DNA of 41,119 nucleotides from a virus (taxonomy: Duplodnaviria > Caudoviricetes): positions 1 through 41,119 of the IMG/VR virus record IMGVR_UViG_3300022719_000136; one strand, written 5' to 3'. The first letter of the stretch is position 1, and the number at the start of each line of letters is the position of its first letter. Under the pieces are notes generated by a model. It was not told where the DNA came from, searched no databases, and saw only the letters and a list, made by a program, of their open reading frames with translations. Of the stretch, positions 19,709 to 29,708 are shown piece by piece. The translations under genes were made by a program, and so were the position numbers.

Positions 19709-22700
19709 ATGCCTACCCCAGAGGCCAATGACATAATTCAGACCTTTCGCAGGCGAGACGCTCAAAAGCAGCTACGTCGAGTTATATCTTCCGTTCGCTC
19801 GAAGGAGCGGCTTATTGAGCAATTCGGAGAGGACCTTCCCCCCGATCAAGAGCCCTCAGCGCTAAGGAAAATCGGAGAGGCGCTCGACTTCGCTGGACGA
19901 CCCACTCGCGGTCTTATTCAATCTATCGTAACCGGAGACTCTGAATTTCAGGACCGAGGACTGACCACGGGAGAGTTCTTGAGAGAGACCGATGCCCTTG
20001 GTGCTGGGCAGACCTTGCGAGATATATTTGGTCTTGACGAAAACGCTACCGCAACTCGGATTACAAGGGGTGTCACGGGGTTTGTTGGTGATGTGCTCCA
20101 AGACCCGCTAACTTTCTTAACATTCGGTACCGCTGGCGTGGCTAAGATAGGTACTGCGGCGGTGTCTGGGGCTGCAACAAAAATTGCAACCGGAGTTGTT
20201 AAGAACCAGACAAAAGCAACCGCACGACAGCTAGCCGCCGGGCTTACCGATGACCTCACCGAAACGATTTTCAAAAAGAACGTAGCCGCCGTTACTGATA
20301 AGCTAGACGACACAGCAAGAAGCATATTTCTTCAAAGAGCAAGGAAAGAGGCCGGAGGCGAGGTAGCCAAGAGGTTCTCGGCAGCAGAAACTTTCCTAAA
20401 GGCCAGGCGAGCACAAAGCGCAGCGCTCAAGGGACTGAAAGAAGTCGGCGTAGATCCAAAGGAGGCGCTGGCCCTAAACGAGAAGCTCATCCAAGCCACT
20501 AAGGATCTGAAGATCGTAGATGCCTCTACCGACCTTACGGCAGACATGGCGGAGAAGCTGCTAGACCCGCTCTTTGCAAAGCCTGCGCTCAGGGTCAGGT
20601 CGCTATTTGCGCCAAACGCAAAACCAAGTTCCTTCTCGTTTCCGCTTCTCAATAGTGCAACGACCAACATTCCGGTTCTTACAAAAGCTACAGAGCTGCT
20701 TAACGGCAAGCTTTACAACGCCAACCTTAAGGTAGGTTCCCAGTTCCGCTCAGCGATCCGTTCGATGGAAGAGGCGGGAGGAACGATGGCCGTGTTTGCC
20801 GAGGCCCTCAAGACGCCCAACAGGATTGTAAAAGGGTTCGGTAGACTTGTTTCGCAGAGAATCAAGGCGGGCGGGACTAAACAGAAGCAGGTTATTGATC
20901 AACAGGCGGTTTCAAAAATAGCCCTGCAAACTGAAGTACTCACCGATGTAGAGAACCTCTTTAAGGGTATGAGTACCGAAGAGATGGGGCAGCTCGGCCA
21001 GATATTCTCCACGTTCATGTCTAATAAGATAAACATCGCAAGGAGGGCGGCAGCCTCCGCTGAAGAACTGTTCAACTTCAGAACAGTCGAGTTCACCCCG
21101 GATGATCTAAGCACATTACAAAACATTGTTCGCACTCAAATGCCGGACAAGGCAGACGAAGCGGTTCGTGCTCTCGATGTAGCGAGGGACGTGTTCTCCA
21201 ACCAACTCGACGAAGCCCTTCAGCACGGGTTTATTGACCAAGACCAGGTTATCAAGGAATACCTACCGCTCGTAACAAGGTCTAAGACCACCGCTGCTGA
21301 TGTCCGCTTGGAGCGCATGTTGTCCCAACAGGGATTGAGAGCGCCGCAGCGACAGCCGTTTACAATGGACCGCGTGTTCGAGTCTTTGGAACAGGCAAAA
21401 GCCGCTGGGTTTGAAGTAGAAACAAACCTGAAGCATCTTGTCGCCGCTCGGATTTATCAGCAAAGACTAGCCGTTCTCGACAAGCAGTTTATGGAGCGGA
21501 TGGCGTATGAGTTTGGCATGACGCCTGATGGCTACGCGGAACTGCGAAGACTTGCGAATAGTAATAATAAAAAAGTTCGGGACGGCGCGATAGAGGTAGC
21601 AAGGAGTCGAGGGTTCGACATCGGACCTGAAGCGGCTATCCAGGACATTAGCTCCTTCGGGCTCGTTAAAACGTCTAAAGGGAATCCGATTACGGAAGAA
21701 ACCTATGATGCAATCAGGGCTGGCTTTGAGGCGGGGGACCCCGTAGCAAGGCGAGAGGCGCTGCAAGCAAGGCTCGATTTCGCCGTAGCGGAAGGGGGGA
21801 TCACTCGCCAGCAAATCACCGATGGCACGAAGCTGTTTGAAGAATCAAACGCAAGGCTTGTTCAGTTCGGACGAGACGCAGAAGACCTCACTAGTAGAGC
21901 AAGCACCCGCACGATTAACCCTCGGTTCATGCAGCAGTTTGCAAAGAACTTCTCACCAGAAGAAAGGAAGTTTTGGAGTGGCGTTATACCGAAGGGTCTG
22001 TCGGATGCGGTCAACGAGTCAATGCAGAGAAGGAATCTGATTCGGGAGACGTTCAAGAGCCTTCGGGCGTCTGGCCAGGACGCATTAGCGGATGTTCTCG
22101 AACACACCTTCAACAACTACACGGGGTTTGTCCGTATGCTGAAGTGGGGAGTGACTATCCCGTGGCCATCCCACCACGCTAGAAACCTTGCGGGAGGTCA
22201 GTTTCAGCAGTTAGATTCTGTAAGCGTGTTGGGTGAAGCCTTTAGCCCTTTAAACTGGAATAGGAACTTTTCTGTGATTCACCGAGGCAAGGACCTCGTA
22301 GGATTTGACGGGACGCTAATACCGAACAAGCAGATCGTAGCAGACTTACGGGAGTTCCTGGGCACCGTCCCGACGGCCGATGAAACTATCGATGTCTACG
22401 GTGCTTATGGGGATATGTTGGCAGGGGCCTTTTTCGCCAAAGCCCCAAGAGACGCAGCCCCCGGCGCCGTGCGACGACTAATGAGCAAGGGCATGAATAC
22501 TCTGGGCGACTTCACCAGAAAGATAGAATCAGCCGGACGTTCGGACTTATATCTTAACCTCCGCAGGCGAGGCTTTGACCACGTAAGCGCTACGCAGCAA
22601 ACATTGCAAACAATGGTTAACTATGCTCGCGGCAAGACAGCCTTCGAGCGAGATGTGCTTAACAATCTGTTCTTTTTCTACTCGTTTATGAGAACAGAGA

Positions 22701-23563
22701 CGAGCAATACAATCAAATCAATGTTTACCTCGCCGGGGAAGCTCACGACACAGCTCCACGCAATCGACGGCGTTAAAGAAATGTTGATGCAAGACTCAAA
22801 CTTCGAGGTCGGGCCTGAGATAGAGGAGTTCCTCTTGACGAACAGGAAGGACGGGGCGTTTGCACGGGTAATTGGGCAAACAGAAGCCGGATTACCGGAG
22901 GTGCTGCTCGGCATAGGCGCTCCGATTGAGGAGACGTTCCAGTTCTTTGACTCAATTCCACCAGTAGAGAAGACGCCTCTCTCTGCTCTGAGGGCAGTGG
23001 GGAAGTCTGGCATCAACACGGCCCAGACGATCATCTCTAGCCTGAATCCACTTCTCAAGGCCCCGATAGAGGCTATTGCAAATAGGAACTTCTTTTTTGA
23101 CAGGCCGCTTGATGACAAGAGCTTGAGAAAGATACGTCTCATATCTGAGGACTGGAGCGATGTTATTTCTCATCCGTTCGACAAGATTCCCGAAGCAGCA
23201 GCCAAAGGATACAACGCGCTAACGAAAGCCCTTCTTAGATTATCTCCAAACGGCGACGGCTCATTCACGGCGGACTCAACGATGCTCGTAGCTCTCAGCA
23301 CGTTCATTCCAACTGCGTCCCGAGTGTTCCCGACCATGAACGCACTTAACCAACCGGATACCGAAGCAAGTAGAAAAGTAGCCAGGCTCCTGAGTGGTAT
23401 CAGAACGTTTGAAGTAGACGCCCAGAAGTCAAAAGCATTCGATCGATTAAGGCAGCTAGACGACTTTATAGACGAGAAGGGAATCCCCTCCACTAAGAAA
23501 GAACAAAGGCGTGTTCGTATTATCGAGCGGCTTAGGAGGAGACAGGAGCAAGGAGAAGAATGA
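19709..23563 (+). CDS. Large internal virion (DNA ejection) protein
   Basis: 1284 aa; DPLTFL, HARNLAG, FFYSFMR and NPLLKAPIE...N.NFF.DRP motifs typical of large podoviral ejection proteins. Confidence 0.75.
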   Translation: MPTPEANDIIQTFRRRDAQKQLRRVISSVRSKERLIEQFGEDLPPDQEPSALRKIGEALDFAGRPTRGLIQSIVTGDSEFQDRGLTTGEFLRETDALGAGQTLRDIFGLDENATATRITRGVTGFVGDVLQDPLTFLTFGTAGVAKIGTAAVSGAATKIATGVVKNQTKATARQLAAGLTDDLTETIFKKNVAAVTDKLDDTARSIFLQRARKEAGGEVAKRFSAAETFLKARRAQSAALKGLKEVGVDPKEALALNEKLIQATKDLKIVDASTDLTADMAEKLLDPLFAKPALRVRSLFAPNAKPSSFSFPLLNSATTNIPVLTKATELLNGKLYNANLKVGSQFRSAIRSMEEAGGTMAVFAEALKTPNRIVKGFGRLVSQRIKAGGTKQKQVIDQQAVSKIALQTEVLTDVENLFKGMSTEEMGQLGQIFSTFMSNKINIARRAAASAEELFNFRTVEFTPDDLSTLQNIVRTQMPDKADEAVRALDVARDVFSNQLDEALQHGFIDQDQVIKEYLPLVTRSKTTAADVRLERMLSQQGLRAPQRQPFTMDRVFESLEQAKAAGFEVETNLKHLVAARIYQQRLAVLDKQFMERMAYEFGMTPDGYAELRRLANSNNKKVRDGAIEVARSRGFDIGPEAAIQDISSFGLVKTSKGNPITEETYDAIRAGFEAGDPVARREALQARLDFAVAEGGITRQQITDGTKLFEESNARLVQFGRDAEDLTSRASTRTINPRFMQQFAKNFSPEERKFWSGVIPKGLSDAVNESMQRRNLIRETFKSLRASGQDALADVLEHTFNNYTGFVRMLKWGVTIPWPSHHARNLAGGQFQQLDSVSVLGEAFSPLNWNRNFSVIHRGKDLVGFDGTLIPNKQIVADLREFLGTVPTADETIDVYGAYGDMLAGAFFAKAPRDAAPGAVRRLMSKGMNTLGDFTRKIESAGRSDLYLNLRRRGFDHVSATQQTLQTMVNYARGKTAFERDVLNNLFFFYSFMRTETSNTIKSMFTSPGKLTTQLHAIDGVKEMLMQDSNFEVGPEIEEFLLTNRKDGAFARVIGQTEAGLPEVLLGIGAPIEETFQFFDSIPPVEKTPLSALRAVGKSGINTAQTIISSLNPLLKAPIEAIANRNFFFDRPLDDKSLRKIRLISEDWSDVISHPFDKIPEAAAKGYNALTKALLRLSPNGDGSFTADSTMLVALSTFIPTASRVFPTMNALNQPDTEASRKVARLLSGIRTFEVDAQKSKAFDRLRQLDDFIDEKGIPSTKKEQRRVRIIERLRRRQEQGEE

Positions 23564-24192
23564 ACATCATAGCCCCAGGAGAAGACCCTCTACTGCCGCT
23601 AGCGCCCCACGCAGAGGACAAGAATCCGATCTGGCACTACCGGACTCCGAACGAGCGGTACGAGCAGGACATGGACTATCTGGCGCTGGTTGATGATTTT
23701 CGTCGAAGCTTCGGTGTCGGAACAAGGAAGTGGCTAGAGGTGCGGGTAACTGGAACTACGAACCAGATACAGGAAGGCGCTAGATGGTGGGACCGGTTTG
23801 GCTTTAGGGACCAGGTATTTTGGGTCTTCCACAAAACCGTCGAACAGGCAGGCTTCGGCAAAAACTACAGGTTCTACGTGCTTGAGCCGCTTGAGGCGCT
23901 TAGAGTTTCTTCGACGGCGTTTAACCGGACAGGAGAGAATCCGTGGGGCCTGATGATTCCTTGTCTCTTAATTCCAGTAGAGTGCTGCTCTCTTGCGTGG
24001 AACGAAACACAGAACGGAATGAGTGAGCATCGAAGAGAAGGGCGGGAGTTGACGGAGCGACAAAAGGAAGCCCTGCTGGAGCAACAGGCCCAGTTAGAAG
24101 AGGCGAAAAAGAACGCCGAAATATTTGAGGTTAACCCAGAGGATTTCGGGATAAAAAGTGACGAGGGCCGACAATGGCAACCAGACGGCTAG
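23560..24192 (+). CDS. Hypothetical protein, possible PD-(D/E)xK-like fold
   Basis: ATGA coupling and AAGGAG RBS; MDYL...WLEVR pattern is only suggestive. Confidence 0.6.
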   Translation: MNIIAPGEDPLLPLAPHAEDKNPIWHYRTPNERYEQDMDYLALVDDFRRSFGVGTRKWLEVRVTGTTNQIQEGARWWDRFGFRDQVFWVFHKTVEQAGFGKNYRFYVLEPLEALRVSSTAFNRTGENPWGLMIPCLLIPVECCSLAWNETQNGMSEHRREGRELTERQKEALLEQQAQLEEAKKNAEIFEVNPEDFGIKSDEGRQWQPDG

Positions 24193-24659
24193 ATCGAGAG
24201 GCGCTAGAGTGTATGCTCGAAGAGGTGTATGCCGAACAAGAGAACCTTACGGTTCCGCCGTCGTTGGTGCTCTCTCTTATACAAGCCGAAAGCAACTACA
24301 GGCCACAAGCGGTGTCTTCCGCTGGGGCTGCTGGCCTTATGCAGATCATGCCTGCCACCGGGAGGGAGCTTGCAGAAAAAGCGGGCTTGGACTGGTCAAT
24401 CCTATCTGACGAGGAGGTTCAACAAGAGCTGTTCGATGCCCCCCTGAATATCCGGCTAGGAACGAGCTATATCGACCAGCTAGTGAAGCAGTTTGGTAAT
24501 GACTACGAGCTAGGGCTGGCCGCATACAACTGGGGGCAGGGGAATGTTCGCCGCGCCCTTAGAAGAGCGGGGGGACGGACCTGGCGTGACATAAGAGAAT
24601 CTGCGCCGGATGAAACCCGCAACTACGTGAAGAAGGTTCTAGAGGGGCATGAGTTATAA
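24174..24659 (+). CDS. Lytic transglycosylase (SLT domain)
   Basis: AES....AVS.AGA.GLMQIMP, AAYNWG.G and ETRNYV motifs. Confidence 0.95.
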   Translation: MATRRLDREALECMLEEVYAEQENLTVPPSLVLSLIQAESNYRPQAVSSAGAAGLMQIMPATGRELAEKAGLDWSILSDEEVQQELFDAPLNIRLGTSYIDQLVKQFGNDYELGLAAYNWGQGNVRRALRRAGGRTWRDIRESAPDETRNYVKKVLEGHEL

Positions 24660-24661
24660 GC

Positions 24662-24988
24662 ATGGAAAATCTAACGACAGACCAGATAGTAAATTTTTGC
24701 ATAGTCCTGGTGGTTGTTTTGAACAGCCCGATAGGACTCTTTCTTGTTAAGAAGTTGACCACAATAAACGAGAGCCTTGCACACATTCCATGGCTCATCG
24801 AAGAGATGGCTGCTGGCAAGAGGGAGATTACGCACGTAAAAGACTCTATCGACCAGGTGAACACAACGATAAACAACCATATTCAGATCACGGAGCTGCG
24901 TCTGAGCCGAGGTGAGGAGATGTTTGTCGACCTGGATCGGCGGCTTGAAGCCGTAGAGACGAAGGTCTCTATAAACGGTGGAAAGTAG
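24662..24988 (+). CDS. Membrane protein with coiled coil (holin- or i-spanin-like)
   Basis: One N-terminal hydrophobic segment plus coiled coil, next to SLT. Confidence 0.5.
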   Translation: MENLTTDQIVNFCIVLVVVLNSPIGLFLVKKLTTINESLAHIPWLIEEMAAGKREITHVKDSIDQVNTTINNHIQITELRLSRGEEMFVDLDRRLEAVETKVSINGGK

Positions 24989-25543
24989 ATGTCACAGCAA
25001 GGACCCAACCTTCCTGGGACGGGACAGGACGCCGGTGGAGGGTCTTCCGTATGGACCTCCCCAAACAACATCACCACAGAGGAGAGCTTTGCTAACCAGG
25101 TTTTCCTTGGAAATCCAAACCCCGTAAAAGATAGCGTTATCCGCATTTACAATGGATCAGCTCGAATTGGAGAAAATAAAGCCGACACGGGCACCGATTG
25201 GCCAGTTTTCGTCTCAGGCTCCCCTGGCCCTTTGGCTATTTACGGAGGCTCGAACGACAAGTGGGGACTGACAACCGAGCTGGATGGCCTGATTGCGACG
25301 AGCAACTTTGGGATTGACCTAGAAACTTCGCACAACACAGGGGCCTTGCGAGGTAGCAACTTCGGCTTCTCTGCCCCTAGCTCCGCAGTGGCGGGGCTTC
25401 AGCTTGAAATCGCCAGATCCTACGCTCTTATCAGCGACGATACAGTCGCAGTGGTGGATTGGTTTAAGGTCACGGTCTTTGAGCAAAATGGCGCTTCTCA
25501 GTCGTTTGTCGGCGGCTCCTTCCTCGGCGGGGGCCTTGGGTGA
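24989..25543 (+). CDS. Putative virion protein, paralog 1
   Basis: Shares WT.PN.IT, NKA..WP, YGG..D.WGL and NF.F..P with the next gene. Confidence 0.65.
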   Translation: MSQQGPNLPGTGQDAGGGSSVWTSPNNITTEESFANQVFLGNPNPVKDSVIRIYNGSARIGENKADTGTDWPVFVSGSPGPLAIYGGSNDKWGLTTELDGLIATSNFGIDLETSHNTGALRGSNFGFSAPSSAVAGLQLEIARSYALISDDTVAVVDWFKVTVFEQNGASQSFVGGSFLGGGLG

Positions 25544-25583
25544 AAACAAGAACTGAACAGAGCCCGACAGGAGGGGTTTACTC

Positions 25584-26186
25584 TTGGCTATTATAACGAC
25601 CGCACTCACACGTCCAAATACTGGCGTTCAGGGTTCTGAAAGTAACCCGCTAACATGGACCAATCCTAATTTTATTACGACAGCTAGTGATGCATCTTTT
25701 GCCGAGGCACCCGTAGAGACGTTTGCATTTGATAGGGAATTTAAAGATCAGACTGTAGTTCTTCTCAATGCTTCGGGCGTACCATTTACGCTTAATAAAG
25801 CAATTGCGACCGCTTGGCCGACTTTCGGCGGATTTGAAACGATACAGTATGGCGGAGCATCAGACCTCTGGGGGTTGGCTAGCCTCTCCGTGAGTACCGT
25901 TAACAGCGTGAATTTTGGCTTAAGTTTAATTGTTTCTTTCACTGACCCAGGCGGAACACAGCTTAGTAAAAGTTTAATTGGCAGAAATTTCGCCTTCGCT
26001 ATTCCTACAGACGCTAATATACTGGGCGTAACGGCAGAGATTAGGCGCACAGCGGCAGACATATTTGTTGGACTAGGGGCGCGAGTATCGTTTTTCAAGT
26101 TAGCCATTACTTATGAAGTGGAGGACAGCGGCAGCTATAGGCGTTTTATTAACGGGGGAGCGTGTGGTAAAGGGGGTTTCATCTAA
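25584..26186 (+). CDS. Putative virion protein, paralog 2
   Basis: Same motifs as the previous gene; GGAGG RBS with TTG start. Confidence 0.65.
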   Translation: MAIITTALTRPNTGVQGSESNPLTWTNPNFITTASDASFAEAPVETFAFDREFKDQTVVLLNASGVPFTLNKAIATAWPTFGGFETIQYGGASDLWGLASLSVSTVNSVNFGLSLIVSFTDPGGTQLSKSLIGRNFAFAIPTDANILGVTAEIRRTAADIFVGLGARVSFFKLAITYEVEDSGSYRRFINGGACGKGGFI

Positions 26187-26474
26187 GTGGTCCGGGTAGC
26201 CGATAAGAAAGACGTCTGTGGCATCAGCAAGATTTGGGCGCTACCGGAGGACCACCCGTTTACCGACGTGTGCATTGCGCACGACAAAGCGTTTGTAAAA
26301 AAGAAGATTACCGGAGAGGGTTCTTTCGTAAAGGAGAATGTAAGGTTCTACAAAGGCATGGCCGCTATCGCCAGGAAAGAGAAGGGCTGGACCAGGGTGT
26401 GGCGCACTATCGAGGCCGTTGTGATGTACAACGTCGCCAACATCTTCGGTTACTACTTCTGGGTAAAGAAATAG
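26187..26474 (+). CDS. Phospholipase A2-like (CxxHD) small protein
   Basis: F..VCIAHD.AF...N.RFY..M...MY..A..FG pattern of prokaryotic PLA2/DUF1353-like proteins. Confidence 0.55.
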   Translation: MVRVADKKDVCGISKIWALPEDHPFTDVCIAHDKAFVKKKITGEGSFVKENVRFYKGMAAIARKEKGWTRVWRTIEAVVMYNVANIFGYYFWVKK

Positions 26475-26645
26475 ATATGAGACACGGCGCAGTGAGGACT
26501 TAAAGAGAGGTTAAGCGTGCGGCGCTAACTCTGCACAGCATCTCCTCCCTCCGGCTGAGATGTGTGCAAGGATGCACGTAACGGCTTTCGACCAAGGTTG
26601 TCGATGTAAGTCCGTGTCTCAGCTTTTAACATAAAAAGGAACCTG

Positions 26646-27905
26646 ATGAAGTTGCGACTACTATTCTGCACTATTCTCGTCCTGGCAGTCACGGGCTGCT
26701 CGCTTATCAAGGACCTCTTCGGAGATGACGACAAACCTTCTCCACCACCCCCAACCGCCGAGCTTCCCGCGATGGGCGCAGTTTGCCATGACTTTATTGG
26801 TTTATTGCATCCGCAGTTTCCCACGCCGCACGTAGCTGAGTTAATGCAAAAGCCGTTTTGCGGCTCTCATCTCGATTGGAGCTTTGGCAACGATACACAA
26901 AATCTAGAATTGCTTCTTAACACTGGCAAGGTCGCTGCTTGGCAAGTCGACCTATACAACGGTCCTTGCATCAATCCGTGGAATCAGAACTGTCAATCTT
27001 ATGAGCCGCATGCTGGACTTTCTCGTGACGCCTTTAATGCAAAGTGGGAGCGTGGAGGAGAAGAGCAAACAGGATGGTTTAGAAATAGAGTTCAAACTTA
27101 TTGCGACTTATTTAAACGTTATCCCGGCGTCGCTTTGCAAATCTCTCCAATCTTAGAGCACACACTTTCTCGCACTGCGTGGAACAACATGGCGGCTAAT
27201 GTCCGCGATGTCTGTCCCATGGCTGAACTAGTAAACAACAACGTGCAGGATCAATATTACCCAGATGTTCTAAACGAAACACACAACCGGCAGCACAATG
27301 CGCCGGTCGGCTCACTGTTTTCTTACGACGGTAACGAAGCAATGGACTCGAACGTCCCAGCCGAATACGCTCGGATGAAAGACCGGGTATCTAAATTCTA
27401 CGTATGGAGCTGGACGTATAACGGAAGATGCACGAATGGGGGCTTTGTTGATCCTCGCAACAGATCTCGATGGCCGAATAAAGCGATGCTTGCTGACTTG
27501 TTTAACGTCGGGAGGGTTGCTAGTGGGCAAGTTCAAGCTGGTCCCGCTCCCGCTACACCCCTTTCACCCCCAAGGCTCTGGAAGCCGTGGGCAGACGACC
27601 ACTGCGACGGAAACCCCAGGAACAACAAGCCGGTATACCTTACCACCTGGCGCGGAGGTCAGGTTGACATTCTCGGAGCCGACAAAGCAACAGTAATCAC
27701 GAGCCTCAAGTACGGCGGTCAGTTTAGTAACAATCAATCAATAGCACTATATCGGTCGGGAATCCCCGGAAGCACGAATCGGCACGGTAGCGAGATTGCT
27801 GATAAAGCAGTTGAGCTACTAGGTTCCCCTTGGGTATATTTACGCGAAGGAGCTACGGTTTTCGGGCCATTTCATCCGTCTATGCGGCAAGGGAGTTTTC
27901 GATAG
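26646..27905 (+). CDS. Large lipoprotein of unknown function
   Basis: Signal peptide with lipobox LAVTG-C, Pro linker, AAGGA RBS. Confidence 0.75.
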   Translation: MKLRLLFCTILVLAVTGCSLIKDLFGDDDKPSPPPPTAELPAMGAVCHDFIGLLHPQFPTPHVAELMQKPFCGSHLDWSFGNDTQNLELLLNTGKVAAWQVDLYNGPCINPWNQNCQSYEPHAGLSRDAFNAKWERGGEEQTGWFRNRVQTYCDLFKRYPGVALQISPILEHTLSRTAWNNMAANVRDVCPMAELVNNNVQDQYYPDVLNETHNRQHNAPVGSLFSYDGNEAMDSNVPAEYARMKDRVSKFYVWSWTYNGRCTNGGFVDPRNRSRWPNKAMLADLFNVGRVASGQVQAGPAPATPLSPPRLWKPWADDHCDGNPRNNKPVYLTTWRGGQVDILGADKATVITSLKYGGQFSNNQSIALYRSGIPGSTNRHGSEIADKAVELLGSPWVYLREGATVFGPFHPSMRQGSFR

Positions 27906-28007
27906 TGGGGCTTCTATCCATCGAGAACGGGCGTTTTAGATGACCCGAAACCCCTTGGCTATGCTAGGCTTCAACTGAGCAAAGAACCCTTTAGAGAGGA
28001 GAAGAAT

Positions 28008-28178
28008 ATGAAGGCTCTATTGATACTACTCTTGGCGGTGAGCTTTTCAGCTTGCAGCATCCTAGAAAGCGACACTCATTCTATCGATGATGTATTCACA
28101 GCTTGCAAGGCTGCAAAGGAGGTTGGCGAGCTAGCCATCGAAACTTGTAGTCAGCTAGGGGAACACCTCGGCCAGTAA
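28008..28178 (+). CDS. Small lipoprotein (56 aa), o-spanin candidate; not in ORF track
   Basis: GAGGAG RBS; MKALLILLLAVSFSA-C lipobox; two further Cys. Confidence 0.75.
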   Translation: MKALLILLLAVSFSACSILESDTHSIDDVFTACKAAKEVGELAIETCSQLGEHLGQ

Positions 28179-28182
28179 CCCA

Positions 28183-28428
28183 GTGACTTATTCGGACTTA
28201 ATGAAGAAGGTCGATATGGCAGATTCAAAACCATTAGTAAAATCCATAACTGTCAGCTCGGGCACCGCGATGTATGTCGGGCTGCTCATGTTGATTTTTC
28301 AACAGGCAGGCGTCCCGATACAGGAGGCGGTTGTTCAGGAAGGCTTTGAGGTCCTCGGGGCTACAGCGGCTTGGCTTATCAATCTGATCGGGCGAGCCAG
28401 GGCTAAAAAGTCTCTCCGACTGTTCTAG
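28183..28428 (+). CDS. Putative holin
   Basis: KPLVKSITV N-terminal motif, two hydrophobic segments, basic GRARAKK tail. Confidence 0.65.
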   Translation: MTYSDLMKKVDMADSKPLVKSITVSSGTAMYVGLLMLIFQQAGVPIQEAVVQEGFEVLGATAAWLINLIGRARAKKSLRLF

Positions 28429-28439
28429 CAGGCACATCC

Positions 28440-28910
28440 ATGCAGAAGGCGGTGGACCTGCTCCAAGAGGCCATGACGGCCCCTATCGTGACAGTAAACC
28501 CCGAGCCCTGCGTGGATGTCTTCCTTGGAGATTATCTCCCTCCAAGGCAGAGCGACGCTAAGAACTACCACACACGCGCACGGGCAAGGGAAGTTCAGTG
28601 GCTTCAACACGCCCTGGCCTACGCCACACCTGACTACAGGAAGATAACCCTGGAGGTGCCTAAGCTGGTCCTGGTGACGACTTGGAAGAATAGGAAGAGA
28701 ATGGACGAGGGAAACTTCGTCCAAGCCTGCAAGGCCCTCATAGACTCCCTGGTGGGCTGGTGCCTTAAGGATGACACAATCAAGTGGATTACCCCACGGT
28801 ATCGCCAGCTATCAGCCAGGGTGGAGAAGCACCAGATCGGGACTCGGGTTACAGTATTCTACGTTGTGTCGAAGCAGGACTGTGTTTCCCTCGTGAGACT
28901 ATCCTCTTAG
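28440..28910 (+). CDS. rusA: RusA-like Holliday junction resolvase
   Basis: RMDEGN....KALIDSL....LKDD catalytic pattern. Confidence 0.8.
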   Translation: MQKAVDLLQEAMTAPIVTVNPEPCVDVFLGDYLPPRQSDAKNYHTRARAREVQWLQHALAYATPDYRKITLEVPKLVLVTTWKNRKRMDEGNFVQACKALIDSLVGWCLKDDTIKWITPRYRQLSARVEKHQIGTRVTVFYVVSKQDCVSLVRLSS

Positions 28911-29226
28911 TTTCCTCATCAACATAGGCAAGAATCGATTTCCTGAAGCTTGAAGGTTCTCGGTCTATCGCGTTGGAGCACAGCTCGAAGCTGAAGGGGT
29001 GGTCCTGGTCCGTCGTGCAGAGCCACCGCTCAGCCAACGCACGGCGCTCAAGACAAACGATCTTATGCTTCTCTCCGCAGTATCGCATGGGCGGAATCAT
29101 GTCTCGCACGGCGCTTCTCAGGAGCGCTACGACCAAGTTCCTTTCTGGTGTGACGGGAGGTCCGTAGGAAACAGCCTCTAGCCCCCCTTCAAATAGCAAC
29201 TGGATGGGTTGTCTTATTATTGCCAT
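28849..29226 (-). CDS. Conserved helical hypothetical protein, possible regulator
   Basis: PERNL..ALL..A..D...AERW.....PFSF..C pattern. Confidence 0.6.
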   Translation of the reverse strand: MAIIRQPIQLLFEGGLEAVSYGPPVTPERNLVVALLRSAVRDMIPPMRYCGEKHKIVCLERRALAERWLCTTDQDHPFSFELCSNAIDREPSSFRKSILAYVDEETKRIVSRGKHSPASTQRRIL

Positions 29227-29329
29227 AGCCGTGCCTTCTTGGTAACTTACTCAGGTCAGACACGACGCTTACCCCCTGGGGCTTTGTTGGTTTCCTCCTG
29301 GGGGGTTTTTCAAATTAAGATACTCCCGA

Positions 29330-29701
29330 CTAGGAGGAAGATTCCCCTCCTCTTTTCTTTTTCCTTCTCACTTTCTTCTTTTTTCTCGGAGCCCTGCGGT
29401 AACGCTTGTTGCGCCTCTCTTCTTTTGCTGTTTCTGGATACATGAAGCCGAAAAGCTCATGCCATGCCTTAATCTCAGCCACAGCCGCGAGCAGTTTGTC
29501 GATGTCGCGCCACGAGACATTAAGATATTCCTCCATCACACCCCGAACGTCGATGGTCCTTCGTCGAATGCGGAACCTGACGCCCGGCCCAGATAGATTA
29601 GGCACCACCTCCATATACCAGCTATCGGTTTTTGAATTGCGCTTATGTTCCCACTGGTAGATACCTTCTCGCCAGTAGGGGTTCTTATCTCCGATGCTCA
29701 T
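29330..29701 (-). CDS. Hypothetical protein with very basic C-terminus
   Basis: Likely start MSIGDK at 29701, just after the RHH gene stop. Confidence 0.6.
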   Translation of the reverse strand: MSIGDKNPYWREGIYQWEHKRNSKTDSWYMEVVPNLSGPGVRFRIRRRTIDVRGVMEEYLNVSWRDIDKLLAAVAEIKAWHELFGFMYPETAKEERRNKRYRRAPRKKKKVRRKKKRGGESSS

Positions 29702-29708
29702 CAGGACT

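Noticed and set aside
24989-26186. Diversity-generating retroelement template/variable repeat pair
   Set aside because: No reverse transcriptase, and similarity is at the protein-motif level rather than near-identical DNA with A-specific changes.
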